A stretch of 62,861 nt of DNA, the filler included, from Octopus bimaculoides (lineage: Eukaryota), in assembly GCF_001194135.2 (NCBI RefSeq). It is 5 parts of 5 records of this genome, joined end to end, with 100 filler letters (N's around TTAATTAATTAA, not from the genome) between each part and the next. Parts side by side here need not be neighbours in the genome. Positions count along the whole stretch, not along the records: positions 39,282 to 59,440 come from NC_068984.1; positions 59,541 to 62,861 come from NC_068996.1; 3 more parts are not named here. One strand, written 5' to 3'. Positions 51,224 to 62,861 of this stretch are shown piece by piece. The notes below the pieces were generated by a model that searched no databases, was not told the origin of the DNA, and saw only the letters and a program-made list of their open reading frames with translations. A program made the position numbers and the translations under genes. Each line of letters starts with the position of its first letter. Position 1 is the first letter of the stretch.

Positions 51224-51352
51224 TTTACCATAATACCGATGGACCACTAATCATAACGAAAGCAGGAAGCACACCAATCATCAATCATTTCCTCGGTGCA
51301 GCAAAAGAGCTTGGTTACTCTGTTGGAGATATAAATGGAGATTTAGTCGAAG
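51224..51352 (+). CDS. GMC oxidoreductase exon
   Basis: atttctag|TT TAC CAT...GAA G|gtaat; (V)YHNTDGPLII...FLGAAKELGY...DING; phase 1-1. Confidence 0.88.
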
Positions 51353-51765
51353 GTAATGTTGTTCTTCACTCTTTATTAATATCGTTCATAGAAAATGTGA
51401 TGATATGCTTGGTTTTGGGACCAATCAGACCTGCCTCCTGATGATAATACAATTCCTTCTGCACCTTGCCGTGAGTTGTGCTAATGTTTATCAGGGTTTT
51501 ATGATTTTTCTAAGCTGAGGCCTATCATCAGTTAAGGTGTCCAGTACCGTGGATAACACTTGGAAGAGTTGCTTTATAATGGCTCTTTAACCCTAAGTGA
51601 AAAAATTCCATGTCCCCATCCAGTTCATGACTCGTATTCTAATAAGCATAAGACCTCAAAAGGCCATCTGCAGCTACCGAGTCCCAGCTGGACTCGATGT
51701 AATGATTAATAGCAATCCTGAAGAATAAATGATGAAATTTTCTGACCATTCCACACAACCGATCT

Positions 51766-51803
<38 letters not shown>

Positions 51804-52040
51804 TACACCTGCACACACTTACACATACAAACACACACAGATACAGAAATGCATACAAACATGTATATATATATATATACATACGTATATACATATGGCA
51901 GTCTGAAAAATAGGACGAATGCTGCCGTTGATTAGCTCCAAGGGGCCATCGCCTTTAGCTCGCTATGTGACACACGAATCTATGTCCATTATAACCTTCG
52001 AACAGGGGAGGTCAGCCGCTTCCCCTTGCTGGTCTGGCAT

Positions 52041-52080
52041 CTACAGACTAGTTTCGAGGTATTGCCTCTTATCAATGTAG
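52041..52080 (-). ncRNA. Minimal hammerhead ribozyme with a U3-A8 variant core
   Basis: CUACA-UUGAUAA-GAGG-CAAUA-CCUC-GAAA-C-UA-GUC-UGUAG: stem I 5 bp, stem II 4 bp, palindromic ACUAGU stem III. Confidence 0.7.
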
Positions 52081-52706
52081 AGCAGCCGAACCGAGCAGGC
52101 GTCGCTACTGACCGTCTGTACGAAGGATTATATACCTAAATTCAGTGGAATACATCCACTGGTTTTCAAAAATAGAATATTTATATATATNNNNNNNNNN
52201 NNNNNNNNNNNNNNNNNNNNNNNNNNNNNNNNNNNNNNNNNNNNNNNNNNNNNNNNNNNNNNNNNNNNNNNNNNNNNNNNNNNNNNNNNNNNNNNNNNNN
52301 NNNNNNNNNNNNNNNNNNNNNNNNNNNNNNNNNNNNNNNNNNNNNNNNNNNNNNNNNNNNNNNNNNNNNNNNNNNNNNNNNNNNNNNNNNNNNNNNNNNN
52401 NNNNNNNNNNNNNNNNNNNNNNNNNNNNNNNNNNNNNNNNAATTGAGCTCAACAGTTGTTTCATCAAGATAACCATCATTAAATATGTAATTACATAATT
52501 GTAATACATAATTTAGATTGAATAAATTTAAATTCAGTTAACTTAATTTCTCTTACAGATTGTTTTAGCCGATTATGGAGATACACTTAAGTCGGTCCGA
52601 TATGGATTTACTGCAACATTTTAATATATTGGAGTTTAACGATCTGTTATTAACTGGGCTCTTAACTACCGTTGATATATTTTTCATTGTTTATACATCA
52701 GTTCTC

Positions 52707-52738
<32 letters not shown>

Positions 52739-52864
52739 TGTATGTATGTATGTATGTATACATATACACACACAGACGCACACTCAATCGCGAACGTACT
52801 TATACACACACACACACACGCAAGCACACCATCACGTGCGCGTTTCTTCAGTTACTCATGAATC

Positions 52865-53070
52865 GTTACCGCTCCAAATAAAAAGCATAGCTGCGTTTCT
52901 TCCGGCTTTACGTTCTGAGTTCAAATTCCGCCGAGGTTGACCTTGTCCTTAATCCGCTCGAGATCGATACAATAAGTACCAGTTGAGCACTGGGGGTCAA
53001 TGTAATCAATTTACTTCCTCTTCTAAAATTTGCTGGCCTGTGTCAAAATTTGAAGCTATTATTATTATTA
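52865..53070 (+). mobile_element. tRNA-derived SINE
   Basis: Same family as 15178. Confidence 0.7.
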
Positions 53071-53236
53071 TCATTCGGTGGTTTTATTTTCATCACGTGC
53101 TTTCAATGCACTACCGAGCTCAGCTGAGTGTGCCTTGTGGATGTGTTGTGGTTTGGTTTGGTGTTATTAGTTTTACTGTATTGAAAGTGCTTTACGTAGA
53201 ATATGAGCAGTGCCTAGATTGCTATTTTCTGTATGT

Positions 53237-53276
<40 letters not shown>

Positions 53277-53775
53277 AAAATGAAAAAAAGCCAGAATGCT
53301 GAACTGGAAGCATATTTTAATAAAGACTTTTTTCTAACCGGTTTTCATTGCGAAGAAGCAAATTATCAAGAAGGAGAATGAAAATGTTTTTTTACAAAGA
53401 AGTACACAATGAAGAAAATAATATATAAAACAATAATATATAAAAAAATAAATAAACCCATACATTATATTGTCTTTGAGCTTTTGTGGTTCAATNNNNN
53501 NNNNNNNNNNNNNNNNNNNNNNNNNNNNNNNNNNNNNNNNNNNNNNNNNNNNNNNNNNNNNNNNNNNNNNNNNNNNNNNNNNNNNNNNNNNNNNNNNNNN
53601 NNNNNNNNNNNNNNNNNNNNNNNNNNNNNNNNNNNNNNNNNNNNNNNNNNNNNNNNNNNNNNNNNNNNNNNNNNNNNNNNNNNNNNNNNNNNNNNNNNNN
53701 NNNNNNNNNNNNNNNNNNNNNNNNNNNNNNNNNNNNNNNNNNNNNNNNNNNNNNNNNNNNNNNNNNNNNATATAT

Positions 53776-54420
53776 ATATATATATACATATTCTTACGTC
53801 CTGATGTTTTAGTTATGTATTTGTCTGTATGCCTTTTAACCAAACCTAAAGTACCTATTATTATGGGGATTATTTCTATTTTCAAGCTCCATATCTGTAT
53901 TATCTCTATTTCCAGATGTTTGTATTCCAAGATTTTCTTTGTTTCTTTTAGAGATACATTGTCATCTGTCGAGACTGATATGTCAACTAGAAAGCACTTT
54001 TTCTTAGTGATACTTGACGACAATATCTGGCCTATTAAACTTGATTTCTCTATATGTGTGTATTGGCATGTCCTAGATTATGGTTGCTTTCTGTTCTGGA
54101 ACATGCTTATATTATTTTTGTGTTGTTATTCCATAGTACTGGCACAGCTTCCAGTGTATACAGGTTTCAACACTGTCTTGTGCGTGGATATATTCTTTCT
54201 TAGTCAGGATTGGGCAGCCAGAGACATTATGATTTATTGTTTTTTCCCCATAGCCACATATTCTGCAGTTACTTTTTTTCTTCACTATGTGTTTTTGTTG
54301 GTTTCTGTTGAGGAGACTTTGATCTTGTACTGCAATCAAAAAATCAGTCAGTCTCTATTTTGGGTCCCGAGCTTCTCACTATTGTTGGGTTGTTATTTCG
54401 TCTATTTCTTTTCTGTTTAG
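53776..54420 (-). mobile_element. R4/Dong-type LINE C-terminal fragment
   Basis: 'CRICGYGEKTINHNVSGCP...IHWKLCQYY' (CCHC) and 'FLVDISVSTD...YKHLEIEI...IPIIIGTLG' (REL endonuclease). Confidence 0.8.
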
Positions 54421-54454
54421 CTTATCCCAGTGTTGTTGTTGTTGTTGTTGTTAC

Positions 54455-54631
54455 ACGCTGGCAGAATCATTAGCACTCCCGTCTTTACGTTCTGAATTCA
54501 AATTCCGCTGGGATTGACTTTGCCTTTCATCCTTTCGGAATCGATAAAATAAGTACCAGATGAGCACTGCAGTCGAGGTAATCGACTTAGCTCTACCCTA
54601 AAATTGCTGGCCTTGTACCAACATTTAAAAC

Positions 54632-54632
<1 letters not shown>
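54455..54632 (+). mobile_element. tRNA-derived SINE
   Basis: Same family as 15178. Confidence 0.7.
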
Positions 54633-54694
<62 letters not shown>

Positions 54695-54695
54695 C

Positions 54696-57240
54696 ACAGG
54701 TTTTGTTGGAACTCCTGGAATTTTGCATGCGTAGCGGGCTTGCTGCCTGCAGCCTACAGTACCATATTATCTGTTCTTTTCAACCATCTAGTACTTTCCT
54801 GATTAGTCTTACCGTGCCAAGGAAGCAAAACATTTGTAACAGTTCTACTTGGCACTCTATTCCGTTTTCCTTTATATTCCTCTTCATGCCTTCTGATACT
54901 GTCCCCAACAATAATTGGCACTATCTTCACCTTCTTCATTTTCCGTAGTCGGGTTATTTCGTACTTAAGAGGGTTGTGTTTATCTATCATTTCGCCTTCC
55001 TTCTTGACTATTCGTGGGTCAAAGGGGCATGCAATATTAACTATATAGCATATGTGGTGCATTTTGTCCACCACCACTAAGTCCGGTCTGTTATGCTCTA
55101 GCATCTGATCTGTTTGGATTGGGAAATCCCAGAGGATTTTGCTAATCTACGACTCCGCCACTGTCTGCTGTTTGTGCTCATACCACGTCTTGCCTCTCTC
55201 TAACACCCACTTTTTGCACAGTTTCCAATGTAGCACTTTCGCTACCTGATCGTGTTGCCACAACTTGTAGTGGTTTTGGGAATGTCTAGGGCATTCGATC
55301 ATGATATGGGCAATGGTTTCATCCACTCTATTGGAGGTGTAGCATAACGGAGACACTTACTCATTCCTAAGGTTGACCCTCCAGTTCGTGGCCAAAGCCT
55401 AGTCTTGCATTGCCAGTATAGTGCTCTCAGTCGCTTTTTTTAGTGTTCCTTTCATCAGCTAATCCCACCTATTTTTCCAGCAACTACTGTTGTGGCTGCA
55501 AGGAATTGATTGTGTAATCCCTTCTTGTGTAATTCTTCATGTCCCTTTTGCACTTCTTCCTTTGTTTTTCTTATTTTTCTCTGCTCTCAATACGCCTTCG
55601 TTCCTAACTGTCACTAGCAAGGTTTCCTTACTTTGGGTAGGTATCTCATTAAGGTCTCGTGTTCGATACGCACGCAGTCTTCCAAACTTATCAGTCCCCT
55701 TCCTCCATTTGCTCTCTTCATGTATAGGTGATCAGTGTCCGCACGTGGACGATGGAAACCATGCATCGTTAGAAGCTTTCTTGACTTCCAGTCCATCTCC
55801 TTTAGTTTCTCCTCTGTCTGCTTCAAGACTGCGCGCAACTTTATTGCCGAAATTATATACCTGGCATTTAGCTTTGAAGCCAATATTTTTCTCACTCGCT
55901 GTAGGTACTCTCTTTTTGTTTTTTAACTTCATATCATTGTGTTTGATTTCATCTGCCTCAAATATTCAGGATGAATTGCCTTCATCATTTCACCACTTGG
56001 CAACCATACACCTGTTTTGAAAAGCTTTCCTCGTCTCATCACCATCGCAGCAAACTCCATCTTAATATTACTGGAGAAAATCTGCTACTACTCTTTGTTT
56101 CAATTCTTCAGAATCACATCATACTCTTCATCTCTTATTCTATGTTCTTTCCAGCATTATTCTTATGCTTTTGTTCTGCAATCCCCTCTACTCAATCTAT
56201 CAACTTGTCCTAAATGTCTTTTTGACTTTGTTTGTTTCTCACAAATTCGTCTATGCCAGTATGGTTCTTTACGTTCTGGTCGTTCTCTTCTTTAGTATCC
56301 AACTCTATCTGCAGCAACCATAGCAGCAGCCCAAATAATCTTGCTAGTTTGTTATATTTCTCGTCTGGAATTGCCCCAGGACCGAATCTATCTTTTCAGT
56401 TTTAACCTTGAGCTTGTGTCGGTCAATGTACCTCAGGTTGTGGGTTGCTTGATCCTGGTCTTCTCTTATATATCGACACAGCGTCCTCACTGTGTCTTGT
56501 TGGTCATCATCGTATTCTTGTGATATAGCTCTTCCTATTACTTCTGCTTCATTTGCTGAGAATGCAGTTACATTTACACTTTGCTCTACGTCTTCACTGC
56601 CGCCATTCATTTCTCTGTTTTCACTGGGCAATGTATCTGTTGGTGAAGTATTATTTCTATTTTCTACTTTCCCTTTTTATCTCTTCAATCTCTATGTCTG
56701 TTAACCACCCTTATGTTCTTATTGCTCTTGCCTGGTCGGCTAACCGTTGCTCACTTATTTCGAAGAGTCCTATTTCATTCCATTTTGTTTTCATTCGTTG
56801 TCGGAATTCCTTTCTACTGGGTTCACTCCTGATCAAGCATTCGATTACTGTTCGTTTTACCTCCTATCCCACCTTCTTCTTTGCCTCTAAGCTCTGTGTA
56901 TAATTAGTTTATGGAGGACGACCGGACCTGCGCTTTAACCATAGGGCACCTGCCGGGAGAAAGGCTTTCACCTTTGGTTGCAGCCTCATTAATACCGTTA
57001 TTTTATACATTTATATTAGACATTTTCACTCAACAATTTGGTTTGTGTTTTAAGGTTAGCCACCAACCGGTATTTTTATCGAGACATCATCTCTAGTAAG
57101 ATGGCCCATGAGTTGGGCCTGTTCCCTTTGCATTTCTGTGCGTTGAGGTCCATGACCATGATTCTCACTAGGAGACAGGTGAGCGTCTGTTGGCCCCGTA
57201 TTTTCATCCAAATATTGCTCCGGAATTAAGTCCCGATTCG
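54696..57240 (-). mobile_element. R4/Dong-type LINE with internal deletion; (TAA)n tail at 54633-54695
   Basis: N-terminal ORF 56344-56631; 'ILASKLNA...DHLYMKRANGGRGLISL'; 'ETIAHIMIECP...HDQVAKVLHW'; 'NRPDLVVVDK...IACP' (PD..D/E REL nuclease). Confidence 0.85.
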
Positions 57241-58233
57241 CGATTCATTCATCTTCATCCCAGGCATGGAGTCGTTGGACACTGACAGGTTGTCACCATT
57301 GTGACTAAGGAGTCCGATCTACTCCAGTTTTAAATCAAAGATTTCCTTCTCTTAGACAGACTGCCAACCAAGGCTCAAGAGTTCGTCTACCCGTCTTCAG
57401 AATAGCCATTGACTCTTCTCAGTTCCTCTGCCCTTTGCCGGTCTTTGTTTTTAATCCAGCAGGGTGTCGAAAATCCACCTTCCTAACCAAGTAAGTTTAG
57501 TGGGGTTGCTGCTTTAGTCGCTGACAGCTCGACGGTTTCACAACGCCACTTGTTAATCATTCTGGGTTATTATGAATCTGGGTAATTATTTACTTGTTCA
57601 CTATCAAAATTTAGCTATTACAACTATAATCCCAATCTTATTATTTACTTGTTCACTATTGTAGTTTCACTATTATTACTATAGTTATATTATTACCATA
57701 AGGTCTAGAGGGCCTAATATTGTCTCCCCTGATTTCTTTAGACAACAAATGATGGTAGATTTACGGCTGTTGGTTTAGCTACTGAAGATACTGCGACGCT
57801 AAATAGAAGAGCGGGCTCGTTGTATCTACTAATACAGGCTGTTTGTTTGTTTTTATTATCAATAATGAAGAAACAAACTTATTTTAGCGTAAATCTTTAT
57901 ATTCATCAAAAATAACAATATCTACAATTTTTTTTCTTAATCAATTGAAAAAGGTAATTTTAAAAAGTAAACGGCTTTAGTGAGGTTCTGATGCAGGTAA
58001 CGGGGGTTTCGTGCGTTGGCACTAATCAAACTAGTCACAGTCGAAGGCCTATGAGTTTATGCAGCTGTTGATATAGCTGTGAGTTTATATAGCTGGTGTT
58101 ACTTATCAACAGCTATATAACCTCACAGTCCTTTGATCTATGAATAGTTTGATAAGTGCCAACACACGGAATTCTCATACCTTGAGTCATTCTCTTACTT
58201 CTGTTAAATGTTAACATACATGTGTATGTATAC

Positions 58234-58264
<31 letters not shown>

Positions 58265-58920
58265 NNNNNNNNNNNNNNNNNNNNNNNNNNNNNNNNNNNN
58301 NNNNNNNNNNNNNNNNNNNNNNNNNNNNNNNNNNNNNNNNNNNNNNNNNNNNNNNNNNNNNNNNNNNNNNNNNNNNNNNNNNNNNNNNNNNNNNNNNNNN
58401 NNNNNNNNNNNNNNNNNNNNNNNNNNNNNNNNNNNNNNNNNNNNNNNNNNNNNNNNNNNNNNNNNNNNNNNNNNNNNNNNNNNNNNNNNNNNNNNNNNNN
58501 NNNNNNNNNNNNNNNNNNNNNNNNNNNNNNNNNNNNNNNNNNNNNNNNNNNNNNNNNNNNNNNNNNNNNNNNNNNNNNNNNNNNNNNNNNNNNNNNNNNN
58601 NNNNNNNNNNNNNNNNNNNNNNNNNNNNNNNNNNNNNNNNNNNNNNNNNNNNNNNNNNNNNNNNNNNNNNNNNNNNNNNNNNNNNNNNNNNNNNNNNNNN
58701 NNNNNNNNNNNNNNNNNNNNNNNNNNNNTATATATACATATATATGCATGTATAACAGTGTATAAAGATTTATACATGTATACATAGAGAGGAGACCCTT
58801 GACGAAACTCCTTACATGTTAAATGGACACTCATATATTTAAAAGCGTTGTCTTATAACTTTTATTATGCATGCTAACCACTGGTAATAAAGTATTTTAA
58901 TTTATTACTTTCATGTTTAC

Positions 58921-58952
<32 letters not shown>

Positions 58953-59804
58953 TGTATGTATGTATTATGTATGTATGTATGCATGTATGTATGTATGCAC
59001 GTATGCATGTATGTATACATTACTGGTGAGGGCCTGTTTATAGGGTTACCCTGAGCTTCTCGCCATAAAGAGTATCTTTATGGCGTAGGCGTATCATCAG
59101 ACCCTAAGATTTCTTGGCTTAGGGCCTCTTTAAAGTATAGAGGGGGAACGAACTGGATATAAACAATAGGGGTTATCTCCCTCTTCTGGTGGTCATCGGC
59201 TTCCGACTATGTCGTTCTCTTTCAGCTATGCCTTCTGTCGACTGTGAGGGTAGAAGGTAAAGAGTTATCTCCCACTCTCATCAGCAATCAACTTCCAACC
59301 GTGGTGTAAATATTATCGCTAATAGCGCTATTATGCGGTTACCAAAAATAGAAATTTCCTGAAATTCAAGCACGGCCCAAAAATCTCAAGAACAGAGATT
59401 TTCGGGCCGTGCTTACATTTATATATATATATATATATATNNNNNNNNNNNNNNNNNNNNNNNNNNNNNNNNNNNNNNNNNNNNTTAATTAATTAANNNN
59501 NNNNNNNNNNNNNNNNNNNNNNNNNNNNNNNNNNNNNNNNATATAAACAAATAGTAAATGAGTATATGCATATATACGTACATGTATGTGCATACCGACA
59601 TCCACCTGTATGTATAGGTGCATGTCTGGGTACAGGACATTGCAAACAAAACAGAGACGAGAAAACACACAAGCCACATAGAGAACATCCTACTTCATCA
59701 GCTACCTCCGTATTAACACCGGCGTTTCGAAGAGCTAGGCAGGATGCATCGTTATATATATATATATATCATCAACATCATCATCATCAACATCATCATC
59801 ATCA

Positions 59805-59898
<94 letters not shown>

Positions 59899-60137
59899 CA
59901 TTATTATTATAAATACGCACTAATTTCTATAGTTTACTGTGTATAAACTTTTTTTGTCAGTAATATACAATTGATAGTATGATTGTATATGTGTTTACGC
60001 ATATATATATAGATAGATACATGCATAGATATTTGTGTGTATGCGCGTATGTGTGAATTTATCCATATATTTATATGTACATATGGTGGTGCTCCAGCAT
60101 GACCACAGCCACTTGGCTGAAACCCATAAATAAATAA

Positions 60138-60191
<54 letters not shown>

Positions 60192-60458
60192 ACATGTATA
60201 GAGAGAGAGAGAAAGAGAGAGAGAGAGAAATAGAGAGAGAGATAGAAAGATAGAGAGTGAGTGAGTGAGAGAGAGTGAGAGAGAGTGAGAGAGAGGAAGA
60301 AGATAGATTCACTATATATATATATATATAAATACTTAAAATACTTATACCCGCACACACTTGGAGAAAGCGAGATAGATAGATTTTACATAAAATATAT
60401 TCATTCTTTATTCTCAGTAGCTTAAACATTTTCTTAGAAAAACAGAAACACACAAACA

Positions 60459-60510
<52 letters not shown>

Positions 60511-60513
<3 letters not shown>

Positions 60514-61312
60514 CGATTGATAAATTGACGCCATTTCATATTTTTTATAACACGCTTGCGCATTTTTGTCTTTGATTTTGTCGACTACAAAGTATAGTAG
60601 GGTCACTTGGACACAGTCTTTGAGGAAAACAGCACCAATGATGCAATTCGTTCTGCCACAAATTTGGAAACGACATAGTGTATTGCTTGGCATTCGTGCC
60701 GGAAGCTCCAATATGAACATTTCAGAGTGTTTCGGTGTCAAACTGAGGACACGTATCGAGATTGATAAAAATCAAACATCTAGTCAACGACATCGTGTTT
60801 GGAGTGATCACTACTGATGGCGACGTTATATCTCCATTCATCTTCTCACACGGCTTCAGACCCAAGCAACTGGAGGAGGTACCCTGGGTGAAGAGGGTAG
60901 CAGATGCAAGACTCTGTGTCTGTCTGCGCCATTCCAAACAAGCAGAAGAACACAGTTACGACTGTTAGACAATTTCTGCGACCACATTACTCTTAACATC
61001 GGGCCACCTAATTTCAACCTCTTTGATTTTTATGTGTGGAGTGCAGTTGAGCGAGAGACCAACAAAAGATGAACTGAAGGGAAGGATGATGGTAGCATTC
61101 ACCATCTTACACTAGGAGACCGTCCAGAAAAATTGCAGGGGATTCCGAAGTCGTCTCGAGGCTGTGGTTGAAGCCGAAGGCAATTTTATTGAATAAATTA
61201 ACTCTTTAGTATTTCAAGATATTTTTATGTAATTTTGGTAAATATATCTGTAAAAATGAGTGTTATTTTCATTTTTGCGTAATTTAGACGACAATTTATT
61301 CACCGCACCCTG
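60511..61312 (+). mobile_element. Tc1/maT-like transposon remnant with degenerate TIRs
   Basis: Ends 'gtgcgattgataaattgacg' and 'cgacaatttattcaccgcaccctg|ta'. Internal 'VFGVITTDGDVISPFIF' and 'PPNFNLFDFYVWSAVERETNK'. Confidence 0.75.
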
Positions 61313-61332
61313 TATATGTATATATATATATT

Positions 61333-61372
<40 letters not shown>

Positions 61373-62227
61373 CATGTATGTATGTATGCATGTATGTATG
61401 TATATATACATGCGCACATACACATGTGTGTATATTTGCATACACACATACATAATGTAACCATTCTTGCGGTATGAAAAATAATTACGAAGGGGGGGGG
61501 GGGGCTCACCTTCTTAATTTAGTGAAGGAAGTACTTTTAATTTCCATCATAATCGGAAAAAGCAATTATTGTCTTCAAGACTTAGTTTTGTCAGGAAATT
61601 TGTGGAATACAACCCTTAGAATTTAAGTTAAAATTAATTATGAGAATATACTGTGAACTGAGTCCCTACTTTAGTATCATGGTGACAAACCCTCGACATG
61701 TTTCAGTTATATTAGACCTTATCAAGCATGCTCCAGAATTTGTTGAATAGAAAATTGTATAGATTTTTTTTCTAAATGTACACAAAATGCTGTTATAATT
61801 TACTGAGTAGGATTGATTGAAAACGCATGTGGATAACTCCAAATATATATAAATTAATATTGCTATGTTGTCTTAGAAAAATGCTTGTTTTCTTTTTATA
61901 TTGTTGTTCTTTTTTTATTATTCTCATATACCTATTAGATTATTCTTCACTGTTGAGGTTTAAAGAGGCCGAAATATGTCACACTTCCAAGTATCAAAGT
62001 CATTACTGTTCCACATTTTTGTTTATTAAATGTAGTTAACTTAAATTTAAGAAATCGTCTTCCGAGCCTATCTTGATTAGAAATATTCATTAAGATGATT
62101 GTATTTTCACACAATGGGTGTAATTGAAATTAAATAAAATTCACTTTGCTTACTACATTAATTTTAGTACCAGCCAATACATGCATACATACATACATAT
62201 ATACATGCATGTGCGTATGTATGTATG

Positions 62228-62277
<50 letters not shown>

Positions 62278-62820
62278 TATACATATGTGCACACATATGG
62301 AGGATCTTCGCCATTCAAAAGCGTTTCAGCTGTTCGATCAACTGAATTATTCGCTCCTGTTTTTACATTCCAACGGATGAGTATTCCGCAGACCATTTCA
62401 TCGATAGCGGCAAGGTTATTTTAACAGAATTTCTATGTGTCCTGCGGTAAGGAAGTACTGAGAGGATTTCTGTACACCCTCTGTCTATACAATTCCATTC
62501 ACAATGCGTAGGTCAAACAAAATGGAATTCGGAGATGCCACTCAATGAAATCGGACCCAACAGGGTCGCAGCCAGGAGGTCCTGGCTCTGGATTTAATTA
62601 TTTAGTTAGACTGCGTATGTACATCTGCACGAGCAACTGCCCATGCAAACAAACACACGCACCCGAACACGCACACACACACTTATGTATATACTTACAT
62701 ACGTTCATATACATGTATATATGTTCTGAATTATGTGTGTGTGCGTAACGGATATATCTCTATACACCTTTTCTCGAAAATATAAAAAGATATATGAAAA
62801 AAAATTATGTAATATAATGT

Positions 62821-62861
<41 letters not shown>

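Noticed and set aside
51501-51535. Minus-strand CUGAUGA-UAGGC-CUCA-GCUUA-GAAA
   Set aside because: Good stem II but no stem I or III pairing.
52560-52625. Candidate next GMC exon after a ttacag acceptor
   Set aside because: Stops in the required phase and no GMC similarity.

Overview
Repeat-rich eukaryotic genomic DNA with many N gaps. The microsatellite load and SINE/LINE families suggest a coleoid cephalopod such as Octopus (inference). There are no prokaryotic features or CRISPR arrays. Two spliced + strand host genes can be reconstructed by hand. (1) A small, apparently secreted, Cys-rich PLAT/LH2-like protein gene (32317-39059). Its domain-coding exons are tandemly duplicated, and the two copies differ almost only at non-synonymous sites. 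(2) Three internal exons of a GMC (glucose-methanol-choline) FAD oxidoreductase (45288-51352), whose first and later exons were not found. The rest is transposon-derived: RTE LINEs, R4/Dong-type REL LINEs, Penelope-like (PLE) fragments, Helitron-like elements, pogo, maT/Tc1 and hAT-Buster remnants, and several tRNA-derived SINEs. Several minimal hammerhead ribozyme motifs are present. One is canonical (2888-2924) and one has a compensatory U3-A8 core with all stems intact (52041-52080). All assignments were made by eye; no database search was run.
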